Notes: generated by a model not told the origin, from the sequence alone. A DNA stretch of 64,000 nucleotides from an uncultured Pseudomonadota bacterium (GCA_964553945.1 CAZKLV010000002.1:271774-335773), one strand, 5' to 3'. Shown: positions 19,524 to 30,589, counted from the stretch's first letter. Made by a program: numbers and translations.

Positions 19524-19660
19524 ATCATTAATCCCAGTTGATATCTCACCTGAAAAACCCTATAATTATAAGCAACAAACAAGTGCATTCAATTTTAGGG
19601 GGATGCATAAAAAAAATAAATCCGAAACTCAGATCATCATATAAAAAGAGGTACATATCT

Positions 19661-21550
19661 ATGGCAAAAATTATCGGTATTGATTTGGGAACAACCAACT
19701 CTTGCGTATCCTTCATGGAAGGTGGAGTCGCAAAGGTTATTCCAAACAAAGAAGGTGATAACACCACCCCTTCGGTCGTGGCGTTCACCAAAGACGGCAA
19801 ACGGTTGGTCGGTGTTTTGGCAAAGCGCCAAGCGATTACCAACCCTGAAAATACCATATTTTCAGCAAAACGCCTGATCGGACATAAATTTGAAGAGGTC
19901 CAAGCCGAAACGAAGCGCCTTCCTTATAAAGTTGTCCGTCGCGAGAATGGAGATTGTGCAATCGAAGCACAAGGAAAATTGTATAGTCCACAAGAAATTT
20001 CAGCAGCCGTTTTGAGCTACCTCAAACAAGCAGCGGAAGATTACCTTGGCGAACCGGTAACCCAAGCGGTTATTACCGTTCCAGCCTACTTCAATGACCA
20101 ACAACGCCAAGCAACCAAAGATGCAGGTAGAATTGCCGGCCTAGACGTCAAACGTATCATCAACGAACCAACCGCTGCGGCACTTGCCTACGGCTTTGAT
20201 AAAAAGAAAAGCGGTAAAGTTGCGGTCTTTGACTTTGGTGGTGGAACATTTGATATTTCAATTCTTGAAATATCAGCTGACGGTGTAATTGAAGTCAAAT
20301 CAACCAATGGCGATACTCACCTTGGTGGCGATGATATCGATTCACTCATCATCGATTTCTTGGTTAGCGAATTCAAACGCGAACAAGGCATTGATCTACA
20401 CTCTGATAAAATGGCACTCCAACGCCTCAAAGAAGCTGCCGAAAAAGCAAAAAAAGAACTTTCAAGCATGCCTGAAGTTGAAATTAACTTGCCATACATC
20501 ACAGCGGATGCAACTGGCCCGAAGCATTTAATCGTAAAACTATCGCGCGCAAAACTCGAATCATTGTGTTCAGATATTTTCCGCCGCTTACTCGAACCAT
20601 GCAAAAAAGCACTTGCCGATGCGAAGATGAATGCAAGTGAAGTCGATCAAGTAATTTTAGTTGGCGGTTCAACTCGTATGCCAAAAGTACAACAATTGGT
20701 TAAAGACTTCTTTGGTAAAGAACCAAACAAATCGGTTAATCCTGATGAAGTAGTTGCCGATGGTGCAGCAATTCAAGGTGGCGTACTCACTGGCGAAGTA
20801 ACTGACGTGCTTTTACTTGATGTTACTCCACTTTCTCTTGGCATCGAAACTATGGGCGGCATTGCAACAAAATTAATTGAACGCAATACCACGATTCCAA
20901 CTCGCAAATCACAAATATTTTCAACTGCTGAACCAAATCAAACGGCAGTTGATATTCGCGTGGTTCAAGGTGAACGAGAGTTTGCAAAAGACAATAAACT
21001 CTTGGGCCAATTCCGCCTCGAAGGTATTCCTGCAGCTCCACGTGGCGTGCCACAAATCGAAGTAACTTTTGATATTGATGCGAATGGCATTGTACACGTA
21101 TCAGCTAAAGATAAAGCAACCAATAAAGAACAAAAAATTGCTATCACTTCAGGTAGCGGCCTTTCAAAAGAAGAAATCGAAAAAATGGTACAAGATGCGA
21201 AAATTCACGAAGCTGAAGATAAAGCAGCTCGTGAAGCGGTCGAAAAACGCAATCGGCTCGATAGTACTATTTTGGAAGTTGAAAAAACTCTCACCGAGCA
21301 CAAAGAAAAATTGAGCGCGGATGAGGTAAGCAAAACAGAAGCAGCTCTTGAAAAAGCAAAACAAGCTCTTAAGGACCATGCAAATAATCCAGAAGAGCTC
21401 GAGAAGGCTACGCAAGAATTGATTCAAGCTTCGCATAAAGTTGCTGAGATTCTGTATAGCCAAGCGCAAGCTTCACAAACTCAAAGCCAAGGCCAATCAG
21501 AAGAAAGCAAGCCCGAAGCTGATCCGATTGATGCTGAAATCAATAATTAA
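19661..21550 (+). CDS. dnaK: molecular chaperone DnaK (Hsp70)
   Basis: [28 protein letters not shown]-type motif ([14 protein letters not shown]) and [21 protein letters not shown] precedes the ATG at 19661. The upstream extension to 19538 was rejected. Confidence 0.97.
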   Translation: MAKIIGIDLGTTNSCVSFMEGGVAKVIPNKEGDNTTPSVVAFTKDGKRLVGVLAKRQAITNPENTIFSAKRLIGHKFEEVQAETKRLPYKVVRRENGDCAIEAQGKLYSPQEISAAVLSYLKQAAEDYLGEPVTQAVITVPAYFNDQQRQATKDAGRIAGLDVKRIINEPTAAALAYGFDKKKSGKVAVFDFGGGTFDISILEISADGVIEVKSTNGDTHLGGDDIDSLIIDFLVSEFKREQGIDLHSDKMALQRLKEAAEKAKKELSSMPEVEINLPYITADATGPKHLIVKLSRAKLESLCSDIFRRLLEPCKKALADAKMNASEVDQVILVGGSTRMPKVQQLVKDFFGKEPNKSVNPDEVVADGAAIQGGVLTGEVTDVLLLDVTPLSLGIETMGGIATKLIERNTTIPTRKSQIFSTAEPNQTAVDIRVVQGEREFAKDNKLLGQFRLEGIPAAPRGVPQIEVTFDIDANGIVHVSAKDKATNKEQKIAITSGSGLSKEEIEKMVQDAKIHEAEDKAAREAVEKRNRLDSTILEVEKTLTEHKEKLSADEVSKTEAALEKAKQALKDHANNPEELEKATQELIQASHKVAEILYSQAQASQTQSQGQSEESKPEADPIDAEINN

Positions 21551-21574
21551 AAACTAAGAAATCAGAGCAATTTG

Positions 21575-21606
21575 AAAGCCCGCCACCAAAAATGGCGGGC
21601 TTTTCT
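21575..21606 (+). terminator. intrinsic terminator of dnaK
   Basis: aaagcccgcc-accaaaaat-ggcgggcttt followed by T residues, 25 nt after the stop. Confidence 0.8.
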
Positions 21607-21728
21607 GTACCGCGCAAACCTGAAAACCCCTTAAACAAAGCACTTTTATTGATTTTCATACTCCTATTTTGTTAAATTAAAAGTGTAAAAAGGTTTAAAG
21701 TATTTTATCGCCCCAAAAAGGAGAGGTT

Positions 21729-21833
21729 ATGAATACCTATGAAAAAAATGAAAAAACATGCGAAATCTGCGGATGCGAATGCGAATGCAAAGGCTGCGAC
21801 TGCGAATGCGGATGCAATTGCGGATGTGAGTAA
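21729..21833 (+). CDS. 34-aa (CxC)n cysteine-rich peptide, metallothionein-like (not in the ORF track)
   Basis: AGGAG lies 5 nt upstream of the ATG. Translation is MNTYEKNEKTCEICGCECECKGCDCECGCNCGCE, with 11 Cys in 34 residues. A hairpin terminator follows. Confidence 0.5.
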   Translation: MNTYEKNEKTCEICGCECECKGCDCECGCNCGCE

Positions 21834-21873
21834 GAAAAAAAAGAAAAGTAGCTCTTCATTACTCGAATTTATG

Positions 21874-21917
21874 AAAAAACCCGTCAAATCCTAAAGGAAA
21901 TGACGGGTTAATCTTTT
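21874..21917. terminator. bidirectional terminator shared by the micro-ORF and the DUF378 gene
   Basis: aacccgtca/tgacgggtt 9-bp stem flanked by an A-run and a T-rich tract, between convergent stops. Confidence 0.6.
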
Positions 21918-21926
21918 CTAAAGATA

Positions 21927-22187
21927 TTACTTACCAGAACAACTTGGGCAAGAATCACTACCGCAATGGCAATGTCCGGTCAATGTTTTAATAAACATAA
22001 CCAAGCAAATCAAACCAGCTACACCAATAACATAATGAAGCGGCGCATTCAAAGCAGGATATTTAACCATTAAAAAATCACTTGCAAAAACATCATAACC
22101 GAATGGCGCAAGACCAACGTTGATTGATGCAAGCGCAGTTATTACCCATGCCAAAAAACCAACAAAACGATGTAGAGTAGACTTCAT
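21927..22187 (-). CDS. DUF378-family small membrane protein with Cys/His-rich C-terminal tail
   Basis: FLAWVITALASINVGLAPFGYDVF...LHYVIGVAGLICL matches the YuzA/DUF378 pattern. There is an extra tail, TGHCHCGSDSCPSCSGK. Confidence 0.65.
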   Translation of the reverse strand: MKSTLHRFVGFLAWVITALASINVGLAPFGYDVFASDFLMVKYPALNAPLHYVIGVAGLICLVMFIKTLTGHCHCGSDSCPSCSGK

Positions 22188-22372
22188 TCGCCTTCTCCCT
22201 TCTTAAAAAAGTTAAACGATACTTCCTTCTAGACTCTCTCTTCATAACATAAAAAATTTTGAGGTGCAATCCTTCGATACATTTTTTCATTAATGTTCAA
22301 AAACATCCTTTGATAAACTCAGAACAGTTCTCAGGACAAGCGGCTTAATTATTAAAAAATTTATTCCATTTT

Positions 22373-23416
<1,044 letters not shown>

Positions 23417-23503
23417 ACTCGTCCTTTGAAAAGATATAGTATTTTTTCTCTGCGAGTATCGCATAAGATTTACTCGAATCTCAATTGATCGAAAATAATT
23501 GAA

Positions 23504-24793
23504 TTATTTAACAATCAATAACTCTCGCCAATCGGTGGTGAATCGTGCCGATCGATTTGTCCGATCGGTTTGCGTCATTTTGATATTGGAAATACCAACC
23601 GCTCCGCTAATAATCGTATGCCGGCCCCACTTTGCATTGATTCGATCCATCGTTTTCATAAGCGTATGATGAGCCGAAATGTTTGGCACATGTTCAAATG
23701 CATGAATTTGAACATGATCTCGCGGCACAAAATCAAAGAGCAAAACTCCTGCTTGCTTGTAATCGTACCCATCGCGATAAATCGCTTCAAGCGCTCGGCG
23801 CGCGGCCGTAATTAATATTGGGGTGTAGTCGGTCGGCTCTGGAAGTTCAACGGTATAGGCATTACTGTAATAGACATCATGATTAAATCTACTTGTCGTG
23901 ATAAATACTTGCAATGCCCCCGCTTTGCAATCTTGATCGCGCAATTTGGCAGCTGCACGTGAAATATAGGCCGCGATCGCTTCCATCAGGTGGGTGAATG
24001 TTCGTTTTGGTGTACTAAATGAACGCGTACATGCAATGGTCTGTTTATCTTCAACTTGTTCATCGATAGTAATGCACGAAATGCCACGTAATTCATGTGC
24101 AGTGCGCAGTCCAACAATGGTGAAATTTTTACGGATCCATTCATCCTTTTGCTGTGCAAAATCATACGCCGTATAGAGTCGATACCACTGTAATTTTTTG
24201 GTATATTGGCGCCCAATGCCCCATACATCTTCAACGGGAACAGCCTTCAGGATTTCATCCCACGGCCGTTCGTTGCCAAGAATTGAGGAATCTTGCGACC
24301 GTATTAAAAACACGCCCCCATACTGCGAATTCTTTTTTGCAATTTTAGTCGCAATTTTTGCAAGCGTTTTGGTTGGCGCGATTCCAATCGAGATGGGAAT
24401 GCCGGTCCACTGTTTGACCATTTTACAAAGCATGCGCCCATGCTCTTCCAATTGCTCAAGCGGGACATGCTTCATGCACAAAAACGCTTCATCGATCGAA
24501 TAGACTTCCACATGCGGCACAAACTGCTCAAGCGTTTGCATTACGCGTGCGGACATATCGCCATAGAGTGCAAAATTAGAAGAATAGACATGCACCTTAT
24601 TGCGAGCAACTACACCGGCACATTCAAATAATGGTTGTGCCATTTTAATGCCAAGCGCTTTGGCTTCATTAGAGCGCGCAATAATACATCCATCATTATT
24701 AGAGAGCACCACGACCGGCTTTCCATTTAATTTAGGATTGAATACCCGTTCACACGAGACATAGAAATTATTGCAGTCGACTAAAGCAATCAT
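23504..24793 (-). CDS. umuC: Y-family translesion DNA polymerase subunit UmuC
   Basis: [51 protein letters not shown] is the UmuC/ImpB N-terminus. An alternative start exists at 24811. Confidence 0.9.
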   Translation of the reverse strand: MIALVDCNNFYVSCERVFNPKLNGKPVVVLSNNDGCIIARSNEAKALGIKMAQPLFECAGVVARNKVHVYSSNFALYGDMSARVMQTLEQFVPHVEVYSIDEAFLCMKHVPLEQLEEHGRMLCKMVKQWTGIPISIGIAPTKTLAKIATKIAKKNSQYGGVFLIRSQDSSILGNERPWDEILKAVPVEDVWGIGRQYTKKLQWYRLYTAYDFAQQKDEWIRKNFTIVGLRTAHELRGISCITIDEQVEDKQTIACTRSFSTPKRTFTHLMEAIAAYISRAAAKLRDQDCKAGALQVFITTSRFNHDVYYSNAYTVELPEPTDYTPILITAARRALEAIYRDGYDYKQAGVLLFDFVPRDHVQIHAFEHVPNISAHHTLMKTMDRINAKWGRHTIISGAVGISNIKMTQTDRTNRSARFTTDWRELLIVK

Positions 24794-24950
24794 AAAAATT
24801 TCATGATCCATTCGTATATAATACTCACCGGCTCGATCATTCGAGAACCTTAGAATCTGAAAAAATATTTGGATTAATATTTATTTATGAAGATCTAAAT
24901 TAACAAACTCAATTCGGCCTGCGCATGCAAGTTAAGAGCAAAAAATATAA

Positions 24951-25865
24951 TTATTCTTTCTCAATACTTTCGCGCAAACCACTATATAGATATTCCACAA
25001 GTAATCGCTTTGCCACTACTTTTAAAAAACCGTCTAAAACCGCATCTATATCATTCAACATACGTTGAACTTCAGAGCATAAATCAGTATCATTCAAAGC
25101 GCGTAATTTTTTTACTTCAGTAAGATTATAAATTATCGGCACATTCTTAACTATTGGCAAATATGCCATCGGCATTAACGCTCTTATTAACTGCTCATCA
25201 AATTCATATTTATTAAATAATAAAACAACATCTTCAGGTATACGATAATGATCAGGCAGATAACGTCGAAAGATGTTTAAAAGTCGAGTATGACATTCTA
25301 GTGGTCCTTTTAAAGACGCATAGACTTTCATCGTTCGTTTCGGCCTCTTTTCCATCAATAAACCAAGTAATTTCTTATGACAATTTTCAAATGAATTGAA
25401 ATATATGGAATCATCCTCAATTTCCTCAAGAAAAAAATCCATGCATCCTCGATCCGCTTTAACTTTATCAACCAAATAATCAACAACTTTTCCCGATTGT
25501 TCAAATTTTAAAGACGATGCATAAAATAATCCAAATACGATACGTCGTTGTAGATCTTCAGCCGGTATAAAAATTTTGCGCAACCAAGATCCTTCACATT
25601 TTTGCTTTATCGTTGCAACATCATTGTTTTGAATCAATTGGCCAAGATTTGAACCAGGAATCTCCATTAAAGCGAGCTTTTTATTTCTCCCAACCACGCA
25701 CATAGCATCATTCAAACTATTGGAAGCACTCTCACTCAATATTTTATTTTCTTGAACTGAATTATTATACGGAGTTTGCAGCTGCATATCTCTCATCTGC
25801 GGCACAACCATCGCTTGTGACCAGCAAATAAAACTGATGCTTAAAATCAACCCAATATACTGCAT
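24951..25865 (-). CDS. leader-bearing orphan protein inserted between umuD and umuC
   Basis: Leader MQYIGLILSISFICWSQAM. Its N-terminal domain is paralogous to that of 26409-27509 (WLRKIFIPAEDLQRRIVFGLFY vs WRKIVHWFLMDEDRLRISLIQSFIY). Confidence 0.6.
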   Translation of the reverse strand: MQYIGLILSISFICWSQAMVVPQMRDMQLQTPYNNSVQENKILSESASNSLNDAMCVVGRNKKLALMEIPGSNLGQLIQNNDVATIKQKCEGSWLRKIFIPAEDLQRRIVFGLFYASSLKFEQSGKVVDYLVDKVKADRGCMDFFLEEIEDDSIYFNSFENCHKKLLGLLMEKRPKRTMKVYASLKGPLECHTRLLNIFRRYLPDHYRIPEDVVLLFNKYEFDEQLIRALMPMAYLPIVKNVPIIYNLTEVKKLRALNDTDLCSEVQRMLNDIDAVLDGFLKVVAKRLLVEYLYSGLRESIEKE

Positions 25866-25901
25866 ACTTACTCCTCATATCATTAAATAAAATTTGTATT
25901 T

Positions 25902-26348
25902 TTAAACACTATGTATCACAAAAGTCACCACACCCCAGACATCAAATGACATTTCATCTGTAATGCGTTGCGGTTTATAATTTTTATTTTCCGGCACCAA
26001 ATAGGTGTGCCGTGCGCGATGCTCAATTCTTTTGACCGTAAATTCACCATTAATCTGAGCCACCACGATGCGCCCATGCCGCACTTCAAGTGCACGATCA
26101 ACAATTAAAAGATCACCCGAGTAAATTCCGGCATTGATCATGGAATCGCCTTCAACGCGAATAAAAAATGTAGCAGCAGGATGTTGTATGAGAAATTTAT
26201 TCAGATCAAGTTGATTCTCAACGTAATCATCAGCAGCAGATGGAAATCCGGCGGAAATATAATCAAGAACAAACGGGATTTCGCAATCCGAGGGCGCTAC
26301 TTTGGGAATACCAAAAGCGGTAATAATAAGATCTTTTTTTGATAACAT
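25902..26348 (-). CDS. umuD: UmuD / LexA-like S24 peptidase
   Basis: GFPSAADDY, VEGDSMINAGIYSGDLLIVDR and INGEFTVKRIE carry the Ser and Lys dyad motifs of the S24 family. Confidence 0.85.
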   Translation of the reverse strand: MLSKKDLIITAFGIPKVAPSDCEIPFVLDYISAGFPSAADDYVENQLDLNKFLIQHPAATFFIRVEGDSMINAGIYSGDLLIVDRALEVRHGRIVVAQINGEFTVKRIEHRARHTYLVPENKNYKPQRITDEMSFDVWGVVTFVIHSV

Positions 26349-26408
26349 TATGGGCCCTCGCGCAGATATATTCAGATCAATTGAAATAGAGTTTTTTCAC
26401 TTCTTTTC

Positions 26409-27509
26409 TTAAAAAAGAAGCTTGCGCAAAGGCAAACACCCTTCCTTCTGATTTGATGTAACATTGTACCAACAGGCTTCTTCCTTTGCCATGCCAAACT
26501 TCTCGCGCAATTTATTTGCGATCTCAAGCCCTTCGATTGAGGTATCTGGCCCACACACAGCTCCGCGAGCAAGCAACTCCCGCACCTCATCTACAAGAAT
26601 CCTTTTATCATACAATAGAGCATCCAATGGTGTACGCTTTTTTGTTATGATATTACCCTTTTCGTCTATTTTTAGAGTTCCATTCGCATCCACATCCTGA
26701 AAGAGCGTAAGACAATTAATAACGCGATCAGGGACCTTCTTAATTAACTCACGAAGCAATGAAAACTGCTTAACAATTGCCATGTGGAGCACAGAACCAT
26801 CGTTTAAATTACAATAAGCAAGGCTTACATTAAATTTCGCTAATATAATTGCAGCATTCGTTTTATCATTGTAAAGCGCCTCAATAAGCAAGCGGTTATT
26901 AAACTTTGATGCAGCCTTTGCGCATCTCATAAGCAACGATGTATGATTCATTTGAAGAGCATGGTGAGCAACACTGGTTATCGCATAATGCATAATTGGG
27001 TGCTCTAGTAGCTCAACCAATATCTGTTCATGCTCATTTTCAAAAGCATTCAAAAGTATACAATTTCCATCATACGCAAGGATAGCTGGCAACCCGTTTT
27101 CGCATTCAGAATTATGCACGCACCCCCTCTTTATTTTACCCCAAAGATACATAGCTACTTGGCCCGTTGTTTCAGAGGGATATTGCATGGCATAGATAAA
27201 ACTCTGTATAAGGGAAATCCTAAGCCGATCTTCATCCATTAAAAACCAATGCACTATCTTGCGCCATCCAGCTGGACCATCAAAATAATTACGTACCGCT
27301 TGCACATCATCAGTTACAATGGCACACCCCAAAGGTGAATCCTCTATTTCTCGGATTGAAGGATCATGGTAACGAATACCATTACACGCATAAGGAGATT
27401 CGTGACTCATTATTTTCGGAAAAGAAAATGACGGTGAGCAAACCACCTTTTGAACCATGCCGGATACGGGCGCCGCGATAAAACTTAAAAAAAGAAGAAA
27501 ATAAACCAT
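26409..27509 (-). CDS. leader-bearing protein, N-domain paralogous to 24951-25865, C-terminal ankyrin-like repeats
   Basis: Leader MVYFLLFLSFIAAPVSGM. It shares an N-terminal block with the umuDC-internal gene. ANK-like segments include GSVLHMAIVKQFSLLRELIKK and RTPLDALLYDKRILVDEVRELLARGA. Confidence 0.6.
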   Translation of the reverse strand: MVYFLLFLSFIAAPVSGMVQKVVCSPSFSFPKIMSHESPYACNGIRYHDPSIREIEDSPLGCAIVTDDVQAVRNYFDGPAGWRKIVHWFLMDEDRLRISLIQSFIYAMQYPSETTGQVAMYLWGKIKRGCVHNSECENGLPAILAYDGNCILLNAFENEHEQILVELLEHPIMHYAITSVAHHALQMNHTSLLMRCAKAASKFNNRLLIEALYNDKTNAAIILAKFNVSLAYCNLNDGSVLHMAIVKQFSLLRELIKKVPDRVINCLTLFQDVDANGTLKIDEKGNIITKKRTPLDALLYDKRILVDEVRELLARGAVCGPDTSIEGLEIANKLREKFGMAKEEACWYNVTSNQKEGCLPLRKLLF

Positions 27510-27642
27510 GCTATTTGAAACCTTTAACTAAAAAAAGAATGAAATTCATGATAACTGAGATGCATTATTTTGAAAAGTAAAAACCATAAAAATATGCTAT
27601 ACTAAAGGCATAAATTAGAAATTCATACGGAGTAAAAATCAA

Positions 27643-28755
27643 ATGGCAATTCAAGCAGGCCTGGTTGGCCTTCCAAACGTTGGGAAATCAACCCTTTTTA
27701 ATGCCCTCACCAAATCAAGTGTTCCAGCAGAAAACTACCCTTTTTGTACCATAGACCCTCACTTGGCAATTACCGAAGTACCGGACCCGAATCTCGATAA
27801 ACTCCTGGAAAGCTATGGCTCGCAAAAGAAAATTCCAGCAACGGTCACGTTCGTCGATATCGCAGGGCTCGTTAAGGGTGCCGCTGCCGGCGAAGGCTTG
27901 GGCAACCAGTTTTTAAATCACATTCGGGAAGTCGATTTGATTTTGCATGTACTGCGCTGCTTTGAAAACCAAGATATCATTCATTCTCATGGAGTCATCG
28001 ATCCAATTGCCGATTATGAAACTATTGTGGCCGAACTCATGCTCAAAGATTTAGAATCGGTCGATAAACGCCTCGAACGCTTGCCAAAATATATCAAAAC
28101 GGCAAAAAATCCGGCAGAAAAGAAAGAACTGGAGGATGAGCTTGCTCTGACCGAAAAAATTAAAGCGGCACTTAATGAAGGAAATCCTGAATTGGTGCGC
28201 TCCTATGCGATTCAAGCAACTCAAAGCAAAGTTATTCTCGTCCCGTTGCTCAGCGCAAAAAAATCAATCGTCATTGCCAATATTTCCGAAGACGAAATCG
28301 AATCATACCAAAACAACAAACATTACCAGGCGCTAGTAAATCGATTTGGTGCAAGTAATGTGATTCCTGTCTGCGTTCGCACTGCGTATGAACTTTCACA
28401 GCTCGATGAAGCTGATGCTCTAGAAATGATGGCAATGCTTGGCCTCAAAGAAAAAAGCTTGGATACCATTATTCGCCGTACCTATGAAAACCTTGGCCTC
28501 ATTACCTTCTTCACCTGCGGGCCAAAAGAAGCACACGCCTGGCCAATTCGTAAAGGGATCACCGTTCGCCAAGCAGCCGGCGAGATTCACTCTGATTTAG
28601 AACGTGGATTCATTTGTGCCGAAATCTTCAATTGCAAAGATCTCTTTGAGCTGGGCTCTGTAGCAAAGGTCAAAGAAGTAGGTAAAATGCGAACCGAAGG
28701 CCAAGATTACATCATGAAGGATGGAGATATTATTAACGTGAAATTTAACGTGTAA
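27643..28755 (+). CDS. ychF: ribosome-binding ATPase YchF
   Basis: [45 protein letters not shown] and a C-terminal TGS-like region, [22 protein letters not shown]. Confidence 0.95.
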   Translation: MAIQAGLVGLPNVGKSTLFNALTKSSVPAENYPFCTIDPHLAITEVPDPNLDKLLESYGSQKKIPATVTFVDIAGLVKGAAAGEGLGNQFLNHIREVDLILHVLRCFENQDIIHSHGVIDPIADYETIVAELMLKDLESVDKRLERLPKYIKTAKNPAEKKELEDELALTEKIKAALNEGNPELVRSYAIQATQSKVILVPLLSAKKSIVIANISEDEIESYQNNKHYQALVNRFGASNVIPVCVRTAYELSQLDEADALEMMAMLGLKEKSLDTIIRRTYENLGLITFFTCGPKEAHAWPIRKGITVRQAAGEIHSDLERGFICAEIFNCKDLFELGSVAKVKEVGKMRTEGQDYIMKDGDIINVKFNV

Positions 28756-28781
28756 TCTACTACAATTTTTTAAGATCAAAG

Positions 28782-28814
28782 AATGCCACGGCAAAAACCG
28801 TGGCATTTTATTTC
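28782..28814 (+). terminator. intrinsic terminator of ychF
   Basis: aatgccacgg-caaaaa-ccgtggcatt followed by TTATTT. Confidence 0.75.
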
Positions 28815-28903
28815 TAATTGCCATCATCCACCTGCATCCAATTGCATTCCTTTCCCCAAATGCCCATACTAAATGCATAAGCATGTTTTACCGTGGAGTT
28901 TTG

Positions 28904-30493
28904 ATGAATTCAATCAGATTACGATTAACAATTATCGCCCTTTTTGCCCTTCCCACCTCGACCCTGGGAATGAAATATTTTGCCTCTCATCTCTGGAAAT
29001 CACTGACCAACGATTCGAAGGCTGCTCAGGAGGAGCCCTTTGAGTGGCCGGCCGATATCGGTGATGGTACAGCAATTGGTACAAAAATCGCCAAAGCCCT
29101 TGCGAACAAAAGTTATTCGGACCAATTTCTTTTTGGAGCATCAACCTCCGAGCATCAATGCAGCAAACAATGCACCCCTGATATTTGCTCGTGGGAACGG
29201 TTTGCAGAACAAAATAATCTCAAGCATCCATCAGATATACACTATCCCATTGATCTCTGGAACAATTATCGTTCCTATATAACAACCGCCAAAGAAGTAC
29301 TTGGGCTCAACTCACTCCGATTCTCAATCGAATGGGCACTCGTGCAACCCAATGGACCCGATTCATTTGATCAGCGGACCCTTGAACATTATGCCGATAT
29401 ATTTTGCTACTGCATTCAAAAAGGCATAACACCCATCATTTGTTTTCATCATTACACCGATCCATGCTGGTTCATAGACATGGGCGGATTTGAACGCGAA
29501 GAAAACATCGCATACTTTGTGCGCTACTGCGCAACCATCTACCAAACCCTGATGAATCAATTGCGAAGAAATACACGCGCTCGAATCCAATATACATCTG
29601 TGCACCACCCTCTTTTTGCCACCTTCAATTCACCAGAAGGGTATGCATTTAAAGCCTATTTGCAGATGAAAGCACCACCAGCTGATCCAACAAAAAAAGG
29701 GTTGCGACATGTTGCAAATGTACTCAAAAATATGATGGAGGCTCATGTAGCGGTCTATTATGAACTCAAAGAAGTATATGCTACATTCGATCCAATTCTT
29801 AAACAATCGGTGAATGCGCCACAAATTGGATTTTTAAAAAATATCATTCAGCTCGATCCATCGCGCACAACATTTGGCGAGCGCATCATGGCAGGGTTTA
29901 CTCGCATGGCATGCGCGATTGGTAACATGCTCCAAAACGAATGTATTTATCGATTTTTTACACGCGGTGAATTTCGCGTCTATGTACCGGCAAAAGTTGC
30001 GCTTAAACATGTGAATAAATCGGCAATCGGCGCACTCGATTTTATCGGTATCAATTATTACTCCAATCGCTACATGTATTTTGGCACATCTTTAACCGAA
30101 TCAGATGAAACTTATCGTACCGATAACAGCAATTATCGAGTTCATCCACAAGGATTGTATCGTGCCATTGTGGAAGTAAATGATAAGCTCGCCGCTCCGC
30201 TGGGTATACCGATGTATGTGACAGAAAACGGTATTGCAACACATAATGATCAAAAACGAAGCGACTTTTATCGGCATTATCTTTACGCCCTTTCTCGCGC
30301 ACTAGAAGATGGTTATGATGTGCGCGGCTATTTAACCTGGACCTTGGCGGATAATTATGAATGGCCAAATTTAGAAGATAATACTCCTCGAGTATATGGC
30401 TTGTGTTCAGTCAGTGCAACGCGACCATCAGAGTTGGTGCTGAAGGATGGAGGCAAGGCGTATGTGGAGATTGTCAGACAAGTGTTGGGATAA
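28904..30493 (+). CDS. leader-bearing glycoside hydrolase family 1 protein with NSP in place of the NEP acid/base motif
   Basis: GH1 blocks are present: FLFGASTSEHQ, LRFSIEWALVQP, ICFHHYTDP, the nucleophile motif YVTENGIA, and WTLADNYEWP. The acid/base position reads TFNSPEG. GGAG precedes the ATG at 28904. Confidence 0.85.
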   Translation: MNSIRLRLTIIALFALPTSTLGMKYFASHLWKSLTNDSKAAQEEPFEWPADIGDGTAIGTKIAKALANKSYSDQFLFGASTSEHQCSKQCTPDICSWERFAEQNNLKHPSDIHYPIDLWNNYRSYITTAKEVLGLNSLRFSIEWALVQPNGPDSFDQRTLEHYADIFCYCIQKGITPIICFHHYTDPCWFIDMGGFEREENIAYFVRYCATIYQTLMNQLRRNTRARIQYTSVHHPLFATFNSPEGYAFKAYLQMKAPPADPTKKGLRHVANVLKNMMEAHVAVYYELKEVYATFDPILKQSVNAPQIGFLKNIIQLDPSRTTFGERIMAGFTRMACAIGNMLQNECIYRFFTRGEFRVYVPAKVALKHVNKSAIGALDFIGINYYSNRYMYFGTSLTESDETYRTDNSNYRVHPQGLYRAIVEVNDKLAAPLGIPMYVTENGIATHNDQKRSDFYRHYLYALSRALEDGYDVRGYLTWTLADNYEWPNLEDNTPRVYGLCSVSATRPSELVLKDGGKAYVEIVRQVLG

Positions 30494-30497
30494 GGAA

Positions 30498-30589
30498 TGC
30501 CCTTCGAGCACCTCAGGGCGAACGGATTTAATAAAAATTTTTCTGATAAGCCATTCCCTTACCGTTCGTCCCGAGGCGCTCGAGGGACA
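30498..30589. repeat. GC-rich imperfect palindromic extragenic element
   Basis: 28-nt arms tgcccttcgagcacctcagggcgaacgg and ccgttcgtcccgaggcgctcgagggaca match at 23 of 28 positions as an inverted repeat, separated by AT-rich sequence. The ccgttcgt motif recurs at 39287, and ccgctcgt occurs at 38013. Confidence 0.5.

Noticed and set aside
19538-19660. N-terminal extension of dnaK from a TTG at 19538, and similar upstream extensions of 13789, 15278, 18249, 23464, 32138, 39209, 44764, 49331, 50968, 58486, 59753 and 60904
   Set aside because: In each case an internal ATG is preceded by a Shine-Dalgarno-like motif and yields the canonical N-terminus ([14 protein letters not shown]) or a typical MKK-hydrophobic leader. 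The extensions are artefacts of longest-ORF calling.
19348-19660. Searched for the CIRCE (HrcA) element or a canonical HAIR upstream of dnaK
   Set aside because: Neither consensus is present. Only the AT-rich 9-bp inverted repeat is reported, at low confidence.
26349-26408. Searched for a LexA/SOS box upstream of umuD (CTGT-N8-ACAG or GAAC-N4-GTTC types)
   Set aside because: Only non-palindromic near-matches were found (ctgaatatatctg). No convincing box, so none is reported.
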